A stretch of DNA of 64,000 nt from an uncultured Leptospirales bacterium (GTDB lineage Bacteria > Spirochaetota > UBA4802 > UBA5550). Positions 47,671-57,154 of the stretch are shown piece by piece; positions within the stretch are counted from its first letter, which is position 1; every line of letters starts with the position of its first letter. The stretch lies in assembly GCA_964392365.1 (NCBI GenBank), contig CAYMPH010000004.1, forward strand, positions 134,678 to 198,677, written 5' to 3'. The notes under the pieces are model-generated. The model saw only the letters and a program-made list of their open reading frames with translations, was not told the origin of the DNA and searched no databases. Made by a program: the position numbers and the translations under genes.

Positions 47671-49044
47671 TCATCTCCCTTCAATTTCCGAGAGCATTCT
47701 TTTCAAAACTTCAGCAGCGTGGTCAGCCTCCGTCTGGTTAAGGTCAACACGCAGAGAGATCCCCTTTTCTTCTTCTTTCAGTATTTCCCGGGAAGACGGC
47801 GCATTTTCATAGAAGTCGATCACCTGATAGGTGAGGACCGGCGCGGCAATCCCCTTGACCTGTATTTCTCCCATCTCACGGCAGGAAATCCTGTCCTTCA
47901 CCAGAAGCCAGGATTCCTGGGAGATCAGAATCTGGTCCGGGCCGGCATTTGATTCAAGCCTGCTGGCCAGGTTCACCTGTCCGCCGATAATAGTGTAATC
48001 GAGCCTCTCCTCAGACCCGAAATTGCCGACTGTGCAGAACCCGGTGTTGATCCCCATGCGGATGTGAAGCGGACGTGTGACGCCGCGAGCGCGCCATTCC
48101 TCTCTCATCGCGTCCATGCGGTCCCGCATTTCGATGGCCATAGTAACGCATCGGAGTGCATCCTCCCTTTCGCCATGGGTTTCAGGATCGCCAAAGAAGA
48201 TCATAATGGCGTCGCCGATGAACTTGTCGATGGTACCGCCATGCTTCATGGCGATACCGGCCATAGAGTCAAGGTAACTGTTCAGGAGGACGCTCAAGTC
48301 CTCAGCCTCCATCCGGTCTGTGGTCTCGGTGAAACCCTTTATGTCGGAAAAGAATATAGTGAGCTTTTTCCGGGTGGTCTCAATCTTTACATCTTTTTTC
48401 CCGGAAAAGATTGATTCATAGATCTGCGGTGAAAGGTATTTTGAGAGCTTTGACGAAAGCGTTTCGAGCATGCTCTTCTGAATCTTCAGCTCTTTTTTGG
48501 TCTGGCTGAGTTTATTATTCGTATTATAAGAAATAAAATCCTGGGTGAACACCAATATTACAAATCCAAGGCCAATGGTAATTATGTTGAGCATTGAAGA
48601 TTCGGGATTATAGTGAAAGCCGAACAATACAAATCCTGTGAGTATGGCAATTAACAGGGAAATAATTCTGGTTAATAATATTTTAACTCCGCCTGTAACA
48701 ATGCCGACAGAACCGGTAGCAACAAAAAATAATATTACACCAATTGGATTCATCTGAACCAATGGAAGCCATATCCCGCAAACAAAAGGGTCCATATTTA
48801 AGTTGAAATACAGTTCAAATTTCCTCTGGTTTTTGCTAAGACATGCAAGGAGAAAAGCCAGGTGCGGCCACAAAAGGAGTATAGCAATGAATATGATATA
48901 GTAATGTAATTCAAGTTTCAGTTGATAAAAGAATGGCAGACCAACGAGGAATCCAAGGAGACAAAATATTATTCTCCCAATATAATCATTCTTCACCAAA
49001 GGGTGAATCCCGCCGCGTGGCTTAATTTTATGTATCCAGTCCAT
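47671..49044 (-). CDS. class III adenylate/guanylate cyclase with N-terminal 6-TM sensor domain
   Basis: 457 aa ORF with N-terminal TM helices and a cyclase domain (FSDIKGFTETTDRMEAEDL...GDAIMIFFGDP...HIRMGINTG). Confidence 0.8.
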   Translation of the reverse strand: MDWIHKIKPRGGIHPLVKNDYIGRIIFCLLGFLVGLPFFYQLKLELHYYIIFIAILLLWPHLAFLLACLSKNQRKFELYFNLNMDPFVCGIWLPLVQMNPIGVILFFVATGSVGIVTGGVKILLTRIISLLIAILTGFVLFGFHYNPESSMLNIITIGLGFVILVFTQDFISYNTNNKLSQTKKELKIQKSMLETLSSKLSKYLSPQIYESIFSGKKDVKIETTRKKLTIFFSDIKGFTETTDRMEAEDLSVLLNSYLDSMAGIAMKHGGTIDKFIGDAIMIFFGDPETHGEREDALRCVTMAIEMRDRMDAMREEWRARGVTRPLHIRMGINTGFCTVGNFGSEERLDYTIIGGQVNLASRLESNAGPDQILISQESWLLVKDRISCREMGEIQVKGIAAPVLTYQVIDFYENAPSSREILKEEEKGISLRVDLNQTEADHAAEVLKRMLSEIEGR

Positions 49045-49219
49045 TTAGTATCGTCTGCTATAGGGATAATCGGAAATATAATTCACGTTAAAGGCGTGAA
49101 GAAAAAAAGCAAGAAATTTTCCGGTTATCTATCCAGGAATTTAAAACAAGAATAAAATTTTATAATACATCCATCCATACAGGTAACAAATGACAGCTTT
49201 TAAAAAACTAAAAACAACT

Positions 49220-49267
49220 ATAATTCTTAACTTCCTGTATGCTAACAGCAGATATTAATTAAATTTT
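49220..49267. repeat. AT-rich intergenic repeat family, copy B (TAATTCTTAACTTCCTGTATGCTAACAGCAGATATTAATTAAATTTTA)
   Basis: Shares the TTCTTAACT and ATGCTAACAG blocks with copy A. Lies upstream of the cyclase gene. Confidence 0.5.
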
Positions 49268-49273
49268 ACATAA

Positions 49274-50542
49274 TCAATGACTGTTACTGCAGTTTTGAGG
49301 TGAGACTTTCTGAGATTTGAGAAAATATAATGGAGTCATAACAATCAGGCCAACAGCGAGAATCATTAATGCCTGTCCTAAACCGAGATGGTCTGCAAGA
49401 ACGCCGATTATGAAAGCCATGATCGCTGTATAAAATGCAGTCACCAATGACCGCACAGACAATGATGTTGCAAGAATTTCGAACGGTACAGTATCGCTCA
49501 CATAACTCACACTCATAGGTGATCTCAGATTCTGAATAATAAAAATGCCGGTGAAAAGCAATATCGCTGCAAGATTATAGTTTAAAATATAACTCAGACC
49601 GCAGAAAATGCCAAGACCGAAACCTGTAAGCATTGTAATATTCAAGGGTGTTGTTATCACTTTAAACATCGAAGAAAAAGTACCGGCGCTGCGGCTTGCA
49701 CGGGAGGTCATCAGATAAATACAGAAGTAGACAATTCCTACCAGAACTGCTGAGCGCTGTTTTTCATGCAAAAAAGCAAGCAGTGGCAGGGCTACAGCCA
49801 TGCTCTTAACTACAGGCTGCAGAAAATCCTTGACTGCATTGTAAAAACCGTCATAGATGCATACGTTAGTTGTAGCCCGCAAAGCTCCCTGGCCTTTGAA
49901 TGTAATGACTAAACTTTTCCACACTGAAACAAAACTCTCTTTAATAGATCCGCCCTTATGAATTTCTCCGTCAAGCTCAGCCGGATAAGAAAGCATAAGA
50001 AACAGGTTGATAATATATGGCAATATCGAGACAAGAAATATCACATCGTAACGGCCGCTCATGAATACGATCCCTGCCGCTATCAGGGCTGAAAGAGCTG
50101 ATCCTCTCTGCGACCAAGAACGCGTATGCCCGTAATAATCGACTTTCTGATCCTGCCAGCCATTAATTCTCAAGTATTCGAATATCATAGCCTTGTGCGT
50201 TCCGCCTCTAAAAGCTTCACCAAAGGCAAACATAGTCATGCCGAGCATTAAAAGCCAAAATGACGTTGCAAAATAAAATATCACAAAAGAAATTATATAG
50301 GATAAAAACGACTGCACCATTGAGCGTCTTCTGCCGAAAGCATCCGCAATAACACCGGTAGGAACCTCAAGCACATTGGTCATGATCTCGCGGTATGCGT
50401 AAAGTGTGCCGATCAGAGTAAAGCTCATATTTTTTTCAAGCAGAAATAAAACCAGAAAAGGCTCAAAGAGTTTCAGATTTTTAAGGAAGCCATAAGAGCT
50501 GAACTTGGCGTATTGAATATCTTTTTTATATTTATCATTCAT
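49274..50542 (-). CDS. MFS-family transporter
   Basis: 422 aa ORF with 12 predicted TM segments. Confidence 0.65.
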   Translation of the reverse strand: MNDKYKKDIQYAKFSSYGFLKNLKLFEPFLVLFLLEKNMSFTLIGTLYAYREIMTNVLEVPTGVIADAFGRRRSMVQSFLSYIISFVIFYFATSFWLLMLGMTMFAFGEAFRGGTHKAMIFEYLRINGWQDQKVDYYGHTRSWSQRGSALSALIAAGIVFMSGRYDVIFLVSILPYIINLFLMLSYPAELDGEIHKGGSIKESFVSVWKSLVITFKGQGALRATTNVCIYDGFYNAVKDFLQPVVKSMAVALPLLAFLHEKQRSAVLVGIVYFCIYLMTSRASRSAGTFSSMFKVITTPLNITMLTGFGLGIFCGLSYILNYNLAAILLFTGIFIIQNLRSPMSVSYVSDTVPFEILATSLSVRSLVTAFYTAIMAFIIGVLADHLGLGQALMILAVGLIVMTPLYFLKSQKVSPQNCSNSH

Positions 50543-50617
50543 ATATATTTCTGAGAAACTGAGATAAAAAAAGCAAAAAGTTTTTCTCAGTTCATTGCTG
50601 TAAATATAGCAGAATGC

Positions 50618-50675
50618 ATTTTATAAGAAGCTAAATTCAAGTAAAATTTTTATTCCCGTATGTTAATAAAATTTG
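50618..50675. repeat. AT-rich intergenic repeat family, copy D (AGAAGCTAAATTCAAGTAAAATTTTTATTCCCGTATGTTAATAAAATTTG)
   Basis: Shares the 17-nt block TAAATTCAAGTAAAATT with copy C. Lies 70-150 nt upstream of the MFS start. Confidence 0.5.
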
Positions 50676-50781
50676 TTTATTAAAATTTATAATGATAAAA
50701 AAAATTATGAAATGTGTAACCTTTTTACAAAAGAATACGTCTTTAAGTAAATCGGATTTATAAAATTTAAAGAGGTATTTA

Positions 50782-51324
50782 ATGGAATGTTCAAAACAGA
50801 CAGAAAAAGAAAAATCATCAGAAATGCAGGAAAAATACAAAATTGAAATAGATAAAACAGGCGGTAAATGTCCTGCAGGAGAAAAACGGGGTGAGGAAAA
50901 TATTCTGAAAAAAGCAATACCGGTTTTATCGTGTGAAGGTGCATGCATACGCGGGGAAATCGCTAGAATCGCTGCAAATCTGATATCAAAAGAAGAAGGA
51001 TACTCAAGAGGATGCCATGGGGAATTTCTGACTATTCCGGATTCTGCAATAGCAGAATGGATCAGGAATGCTGAAAAAGTTGTGGTTGTTGACGGATGTT
51101 TTTTAAAATGCCATAAACGCATATTTAATAATATTCTTGATGAATCAAAAATCTGCAGTTTTGATGCACTGTCATATTATGGAAAATATACAGAATATTT
51201 TGATCCGGATTCTGTTCCTGAAAAAGAACTTAAACAGGTTGCAGCAGATGTTGCAGCTAAGATAATTAATGATCTCAGAAAAAATATTACTGCATCAGCT
51301 AAAGAATGCTGTGCATGCTCATAA
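50782..51324 (+). CDS. Cys-rich DGC-domain protein (putative metal-binding)
   Basis: 180 aa ORF with several Cys pairs and VVVDGCFLKCH (DGC motif). SD AAGAGG. The overlapping minus-strand ORF 50637-51122 is low-complexity and rejected. Confidence 0.5.
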   Translation: MECSKQTEKEKSSEMQEKYKIEIDKTGGKCPAGEKRGEENILKKAIPVLSCEGACIRGEIARIAANLISKEEGYSRGCHGEFLTIPDSAIAEWIRNAEKVVVVDGCFLKCHKRIFNNILDESKICSFDALSYYGKYTEYFDPDSVPEKELKQVAADVAAKIINDLRKNITASAKECCACS

Positions 51325-51339
51325 AAATAAGGAGGAATT

Positions 51340-51603
51340 ATGGCTAATTTATCATTAAAAGAATTATCACTTGTTTCGCTTGGGGCTTCAATTGGATCAA
51401 ACTGCATTCCATGCGTTGTTTATCATATAAAACAGTGCAGGAACAGCGGTCTTTCTGATGATCAGATAAAAAGTGCAGTTAAGATGGCTGTAAAAGTGAA
51501 AAATGTCCCGGCTGAAAATGTTCTTTCATCAGCTTTAAGACAACTGGATATTCAGGAAAGCAATGAACAGTGTTCTCCGGAACAGCCTTGCAGTTGTAGT
51601 TGA
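51340..51603 (+). CDS. AhpD-like / carboxymuconolactone decarboxylase-family small protein (CxxC)
   Basis: 87 aa ORF. NCIPCVVYH matches the AhpD-core CxxCxxxH motif. SD AAGGAGGA. Confidence 0.55.
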   Translation: MANLSLKELSLVSLGASIGSNCIPCVVYHIKQCRNSGLSDDQIKSAVKMAVKVKNVPAENVLSSALRQLDIQESNEQCSPEQPCSCS

Positions 51604-51649
51604 CACGGCTGCTATAAGAGTATATAATTAAATCAATGAGGAAAAATAT

Positions 51650-52225
51650 ATGGAAATAAAAGATACTTCCGTAATAAGTATTGAATCATTTATAAAGGAT
51701 TATAACGATGCTCTCTACAGATATTTAAGAAAAATTACAGGCAGCGGAGAGGATGCTGAAGATATACTTCAGGAAAGCCTGATAAAAATAGCCGAATCCC
51801 TTTCGTCTCTCAATGATCCATTAAGAATAAAAACATGGGCTTTCAGAATAGTAACAAACACAGCAATGGACTTTTTCAGGAAAAATAAAAAAGTAAATTA
51901 TGTTGAATTTGATGAAAAATTATATGACCCTGAGATTAAAGAAGACGATATTGAGGATAAAATTATTGTTGATGAAATGAACGAATGCATAAGGGGAGAA
52001 ATGAGCCGTATAGCCCCTAATTACAATAATGTATTGATACTTTATTATTTTGAGCATATGAATATTTCAGAGATTGCAAGTATTTGTGATATATCGCTTG
52101 CAACAGTCAAGATACGCCTGCATCGCGGGAAAAAATTATTAAATAAAATTTTATCAGAAGGCTGCAATTTTTATTACGATAAAAACAGCAATATAAGATG
52201 CAGCAGCAAACCGGCCGGGAAATGA
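51650..52225 (+). CDS. ECF-type RNA polymerase sigma-70 factor
   Basis: 191 aa ORF with region 2 (DAEDILQESLIKI...WAFRIVTN) and region 4 HTH (ISEIASICDISLATVKIRLHRG). Confidence 0.8.
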   Translation: MEIKDTSVISIESFIKDYNDALYRYLRKITGSGEDAEDILQESLIKIAESLSSLNDPLRIKTWAFRIVTNTAMDFFRKNKKVNYVEFDEKLYDPEIKEDDIEDKIIVDEMNECIRGEMSRIAPNYNNVLILYYFEHMNISEIASICDISLATVKIRLHRGKKLLNKILSEGCNFYYDKNSNIRCSSKPAGK

Positions 52226-52590
52226 ATTAACTCAATATTAAAATATGTACCGGGATATTTCTCGATGGAATTTCAGAAAATAACAAACAGGAAAATACCG
52301 GATTATATTTATTTCAACTCTGCTTTTTAAAAAACCACTCCCAGTCAGACCTGTTCTGGATTTCATTAATAATTAATAAAAAATTTCTCCAGTTAAATCT
52401 GCAAGTATGCTTCTATCATTTTCAAACATAAAAAAAATAAAATCATTCAAATAAAAAAATCAGAATCTCTGTATCCTTTTAATAAATTAATACGTCTATA
52501 GTTCTGAAAACCAGGCACTTTGCAGGAATAAATTTTTAAATTAAACCTGATCTTGCCTGAAAACTAATTTTATAAATCAAGGAGAGTAAT

Positions 52591-52815
52591 ATGAAAGAAG
52601 AAGTTCAAAAATCAAAACACAATTTTATTTCGGTTGGTCTCGGAATACTGGTCATTGCTGTTGGATCAGCCTGGCTGCTGAAGTCATTCGGAATCCTTCC
52701 TGAAAATTTTGAAATGCTGAAGTATGCATGCCCTGTATGTGTCATACTGGTTGGCGCCGGCATCTTATTGAAACGGAATTCAAAGAACGATAAAAATATT
52801 CAGGGGGATATTTAA
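52591..52815 (+). CDS. small membrane protein (2 TM), unknown function
   Basis: 74 aa ORF with two hydrophobic helices and a CPVC pair. Translationally abutting the next gene. Confidence 0.4.
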   Translation: MKEEVQKSKHNFISVGLGILVIAVGSAWLLKSFGILPENFEMLKYACPVCVILVGAGILLKRNSKNDKNIQGDI

Positions 52816-53385
52816 ATGGGTGATAAATTTTTCTTCTTTGGATTTATCGGTTTTGCTGTAATACTTGTTTTGTTTATTATTAGACTTCTGGTCAGAAAAA
52901 TTAATATCTTTGCCAGGCCGCCTATTAATGTAATTGCATTTATATCAGCAAAAATATGCGCATTCGGCTCATGCTCATTTATACCCCTCGGTGTATTGTT
53001 TCCCGAGTTAAAATGGCAGACAACGCCTGCACCTGTTACTGCAGGCGGCCTGATATTATTTTCTGCAGGCATTTTTTTTGCCGTTATTTCAATGAAAAAA
53101 CTCGGAGATGATTTAATATTCGGATTGCCTGAATCCGGGATAAAATCGCTCAAAACTGATGGAATTTACACAGTCAGCAGAAATCCTCTATACCTCGGTT
53201 TTATTTTAATTATCATCTCATCATGGATCTGCACTCCAAATCCTGTAAACATTGCTGCTGGAATCGCTGCAATTATATTGCACCATATCATTGTGCTGCG
53301 GGAGGAGAAATATTTAATATCACGCATTGGCATAAAATATATCAATTATACTGAAAAAACAGGACGCTACCTGTTGTATATTTAA
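52816..53385 (+). CDS. isoprenylcysteine carboxyl methyltransferase (ICMT/PEMT) family membrane methyltransferase
   Basis: 189 aa ORF with multiple TM segments and the C-terminal RNPLYLGFIL...HHIIVLREEKYLISRIG signature region. Confidence 0.65.
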   Translation: MGDKFFFFGFIGFAVILVLFIIRLLVRKINIFARPPINVIAFISAKICAFGSCSFIPLGVLFPELKWQTTPAPVTAGGLILFSAGIFFAVISMKKLGDDLIFGLPESGIKSLKTDGIYTVSRNPLYLGFILIIISSWICTPNPVNIAAGIAAIILHHIIVLREEKYLISRIGIKYINYTEKTGRYLLYI

Positions 53386-53511
53386 TATGGAGAAAAAATT
53401 AAAACCAGCGCATATTCCTTTAAAAGAAGCGAAATTATCATAATACGATGTTTACTATTTGATCCCGCAGGGCCGTTGTCTAAAACGGTCCTGCGCTTTC
53501 CACAAGCGGTA

Positions 53512-53580
53512 TTTGGAGATAAAATCGAAGAAGTACAGGATGAACTGCTCACTACAAAACGAAACGATTATGATCTGTAA
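53512..53580 (+). pseudogene. duplicated, decayed copy of the fliM 3' end (last ~21 codons plus stop)
   Basis: GGAGATAAAATCGAAGAAGTACAGGATGAACTGCTCACTACAAAACGAAACGATTATGATCTGTAA is about 88% identical to fliM 47410-47478 (DKIEEVQDELLTTKRNDYDL* vs DKIEEVPDELLTTKRNDDDL*). No in-frame start upstream. Confidence 0.7.
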
Positions 53581-53582
53581 AA

Positions 53583-55724
53583 TTACAGAGATGCAGTATT
53601 TATAATAAATCTAATTGAATTTTCATCGATCAGAAGTTTTCTTGAAATTTCATCTGCAGGCCATCCTTTTTTAGACAGTTCCCGCACAGTTTTAATTACG
53701 CTTTCATTTATGTTTTTCGGCAGCTGGACATCACCCTTGACCTGTTTGGCAATAGGGCCTGCATTATCAACACTCTGTATAAAATCCGCAAGCTGCTTTA
53801 TCTTTTTATCTGTCTGATGAAACATTTCCTGAAGTCTTCCGTCTGTATTATCCAGATCATCTTTAAGAGATTCCACTTTATTGAACATTGCATTTATCTG
53901 CTCGATTCTCTTCTCTATGTGTGATGATATGCTGTCTATTTCAGAGAATTTATCCTTAACTTCCTGAATTTCCCGTTCACGTGATTTAAGAATCAGCGTT
54001 GTTTCCTCTATCTTATGCAGATATTCGCTCATTCTGTCGATTCTCTTATCAGACTTGTCAATAACCTTCTGGAATGCGGATACTTTGTTTTCAACAGTTT
54101 TTATTATAATTTCAGATTTTGTCGCTGATTCAAGATTTTTTGCAATAAGATCCTCATATTCCTTCAGCTCATCAATCTGCTGGGAAAGCCCTCTGTAGCT
54201 TTCTGAGAGTGAATCAATTCGTCCATTGACCTGATTGATTTTAAAAATATTTTCATTGAATGCTTCAGATTTTTCCATAATAATATCGCTCAATTCAAGA
54301 AGACCCTTAATCTCGCTTTCGACATTATCAAGTTTCTCTTTCTTAGCCTGATAAGCCCTGATCTCTTTCTCAACAATTTTCTTCATATCCTTAATATGAT
54401 CAAAATCATTTAAAAATTTGCCGAGACCTTTTGCTTCTTCTTTTGAATCAGCAAGGATTCTTCCGAAATGGCTTAAAGATTCATCAACCTTCTGAATCAT
54501 TAAATCTGATCTTGCGAATATTTTATTGCTTTCCTCATATTTAACTATTTCAGATTTTATATCGCCAAGACGTTTTTCAAGAGATCCGAATTCTTTTTTC
54601 ACGCCCTCGAGGTTGCCTGCAATCGCATCAGTTAATTCGTTTTCGTATGTACCCAGCCTGTCTTCAAGACTTCCGAATCTCGTTTCAATGGTAATAAATT
54701 CTTCATTGAGATGTTCTATTTTTTCTTCTGCAGTATTAATAAGCCGTGTTTCTATTTTAGAATATTTTTCCTCAAATTCATCCATTATATTCCGGATATC
54801 TTCGGCTTCCTTGCGTGCAGCTTTTACAATCTCATCTTTTTTGGATACAGCGTGAATGCTCAGATTATCAAATTCATTTCTTACCTTTTCAGCTTCCAGT
54901 TCAAAAGATCTAACAAGTTTCTGCTTCGATTCTTCAACATTATCTTCAACATTTTTCAGCATGCCCTGAATTTTATTTATTTCAAAATCAACTGAATCAA
55001 ACATTTTCTTTTTATGATCATTTATTTCCGAGAAAACAGTATTGTCAAGATCGGCCATTGTGGTTTTCATTGAGTTGATCTGATAAGATAAATTTGCAGC
55101 TCCTTCAACGGTTTTAGCCACACCTTCAACTTTTTTCTTAAGATCTTCAATTATAGCATCGCCTGTATTTCCAAGTTTCTGCTCAAGAACTGCAAGAGAC
55201 TCTGAAAAATTATTTGATGAATCCTCAGAAATCTCCCTGGATCTTTCTCTTAGTTTCTCAGTAAACGCCTGCATCAGCTCATTACTTTCGTTTTTAATTC
55301 CTGCAAGTCCGTCATTAAGAAAATTTATTTTTTTCGACAGATCCTTAAAGTCTTCCTTGGCAGCTGCTATAAACTCAATCTGCTTATTGGCTTCTCTTCC
55401 GGCTATTGCAATTGATTTTACATCATCCTCTATTTTCCTTAATCCGTTTCTTTCCTGATTAATCATGCTGAATTTAGATTCAATATCTTTAAGAGAAGCT
55501 GTCAGACTGGCTGAGACTGCCGAGGTTCTCTTCAGCAGAACATCCATTTCAATAGTTGCATCGCTGAACTTCCTGTTTTCTGATTCAGCAAGTTTTTTAA
55601 AATCATCAAACATCTTCTGTGAATAGCGCTTAAGCTTATTCATTCGAAGATTAGATTTATCAATTCTTCTGAATAGGAAAAGAAGTAAAATGCAAGATGC
55701 AAAGGTTATAATATTTAAAATCAT
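53583..55724 (-). CDS. membrane-anchored long coiled-coil protein, unknown function
   Basis: 713 aa ORF with an N-terminal TM helix, then heptad-rich low-complexity sequence throughout. No enzymatic motif. Confidence 0.5.
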   Translation of the reverse strand: MILNIITFASCILLLFLFRRIDKSNLRMNKLKRYSQKMFDDFKKLAESENRKFSDATIEMDVLLKRTSAVSASLTASLKDIESKFSMINQERNGLRKIEDDVKSIAIAGREANKQIEFIAAAKEDFKDLSKKINFLNDGLAGIKNESNELMQAFTEKLRERSREISEDSSNNFSESLAVLEQKLGNTGDAIIEDLKKKVEGVAKTVEGAANLSYQINSMKTTMADLDNTVFSEINDHKKKMFDSVDFEINKIQGMLKNVEDNVEESKQKLVRSFELEAEKVRNEFDNLSIHAVSKKDEIVKAARKEAEDIRNIMDEFEEKYSKIETRLINTAEEKIEHLNEEFITIETRFGSLEDRLGTYENELTDAIAGNLEGVKKEFGSLEKRLGDIKSEIVKYEESNKIFARSDLMIQKVDESLSHFGRILADSKEEAKGLGKFLNDFDHIKDMKKIVEKEIRAYQAKKEKLDNVESEIKGLLELSDIIMEKSEAFNENIFKINQVNGRIDSLSESYRGLSQQIDELKEYEDLIAKNLESATKSEIIIKTVENKVSAFQKVIDKSDKRIDRMSEYLHKIEETTLILKSREREIQEVKDKFSEIDSISSHIEKRIEQINAMFNKVESLKDDLDNTDGRLQEMFHQTDKKIKQLADFIQSVDNAGPIAKQVKGDVQLPKNINESVIKTVRELSKKGWPADEISRKLLIDENSIRFIINTASL

Positions 55725-56224
55725 TATATCAGCTCCGAAAATTAAATATTGAGGATTGCATTAAATCTATTATAAATTAATTTCCATCAATGCCGGGAAA
55801 AGGATAGATTCACAAAGATGAAAGCCATTGCCTTTTCAGAAACAACAGAGCATGATGAAAACTAAAATTTGCATGATATAAAGCATCAGTAAAGACTCTT
55901 TATAAGAATAAGTATGGAATCCCGCATATGCATTAAATAAACATCGATATGATTTTGTCAATACTAATTTATGTCACATTAGAAAGTGCTTTTTTATCAT
56001 TCCTGATTTTTATTATTTGACAATAATATGATGAAAAATAAATTTACCCTTTTATAATGGTACAATTGCTGTAATTACAGAATTTGTGCCTGCTAAGGAA
56101 CTGTAAAATAATTATGTTCACAGATTCATATTTTGATTAAAATGTAACATGTTGCAGAATTTTTGTCATAATTACAGTTAAAATCAGAAAAGCTTCATAT
56201 TATATATAGAAGAGGTAACTTATA

Positions 56225-56383
56225 ATGAAAAGGACTTTCCAGCCAAGCAGAATCAAACGAAACAGAAAACATGGTTTCAGGAGCAGAAACAGCACACCTG
56301 AAGGAAGAGCAGTTATTAAAAGACGAAGAAGAAAAGGTAGATATAAACTTACAGTTTCAGATGAAAAAAGACTGCCGAAATAA
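56225..56383 (+). CDS. rpmH: 50S ribosomal protein L34
   Basis: 52 aa ORF not in the track: [44 protein letters not shown], the L34 signature. SD AGAGGT. Confidence 0.85.
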   Translation: MKRTFQPSRIKRNRKHGFRSRNSTPEGRAVIKRRRRKGRYKLTVSDEKRLPK

Positions 56384-56404
56384 TAATATAATTATATTAA
56401 ATGC

Positions 56405-56794
56405 GTGAAAAGGATAAATTCTTTAAAGGGAAGAAATCTATTCAAGGAAGTCTACGGAAAAGGGAAAAGATTTAAAAGCAGAGGAATTAAACTATGTGTT
56501 CTCTATCTCGGAAGAGATAATGAAATTTTTAATGACTGCATAGATAGCAAATCGACTGCTGTTAAAATTGGAATAAAAGCCGGAAGAAAATACGGGAAGG
56601 CTAATAAAAGGAATAAAGCAAAAAGAAGAATTAAAGAGATTTTAGGTGAATTTACGAGTGAATTTGAAAGCGGTTTCTGTTTTATAATTACTCCGGATGT
56701 TGATTCAAAAAATAATTCTTTTGATGAAAACCGGGAAATTATAAAGAAACTGCTTATAAAAGCGGGAATTATAAAATATGCAGTTGATAAATAA
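56405..56794 (+). CDS. rnpA: ribonuclease P protein component
   Basis: 129 aa basic protein with a GTG start. Position between rpmH and yidD and its composition (RLxxxxxF) fit RnpA. Confidence 0.75.
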   Translation: MKRINSLKGRNLFKEVYGKGKRFKSRGIKLCVLYLGRDNEIFNDCIDSKSTAVKIGIKAGRKYGKANKRNKAKRRIKEILGEFTSEFESGFCFIITPDVDSKNNSFDENREIIKKLLIKAGIIKYAVDK

Positions 56795-57050
56795 TATAAT
56801 GAAAAAGCTGTTGAACATCCCCACTAGTATTGCAACAGCCCTTGTAAAAGCATACAAAATGATCATATCACCATATTTGCCTAAATCATGCAGATTTTAT
56901 CCTTCCTGTTCTACATATTCAATTGAATCTTTTAAAAAATATGGTTTTATAAAAGGCATGTTTTTAACCATTGAAAGAATCATAAGATGCAATCCGTTCA
57001 ATCCAGGCGGATTTGATCCGGTTCCTGAAAATTTCCGCTTTATAAAGTAG
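56778..57050 (+). CDS. yidD: membrane protein insertion efficiency factor YidD
   Basis: 90 aa ORF with [20 protein letters not shown]...[14 protein letters not shown], the YidD signature. Overlaps the rnpA end. Confidence 0.85.
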   Translation: MQLINNIMKKLLNIPTSIATALVKAYKMIISPYLPKSCRFYPSCSTYSIESFKKYGFIKGMFLTIERIIRCNPFNPGGFDPVPENFRFIK

Positions 57051-57154
57051 ATTATCTTCATTCATCTTCCCCGCAATTTAATTTAACCTTCATGCAGGAT
57101 GTTAATAATTTTTAATTTCTATTATCTGATATTATAATCCGCTGAGAGGAAAAA

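Noticed and set aside
50637-51122. 161-aa minus-strand ORF overlapping the DGC-domain gene
   Set aside because: Low-complexity Pro/Ser/Phe-rich translation. The opposite-strand ORF has an SD and a coherent Cys-rich domain, so the plus strand is taken as coding.
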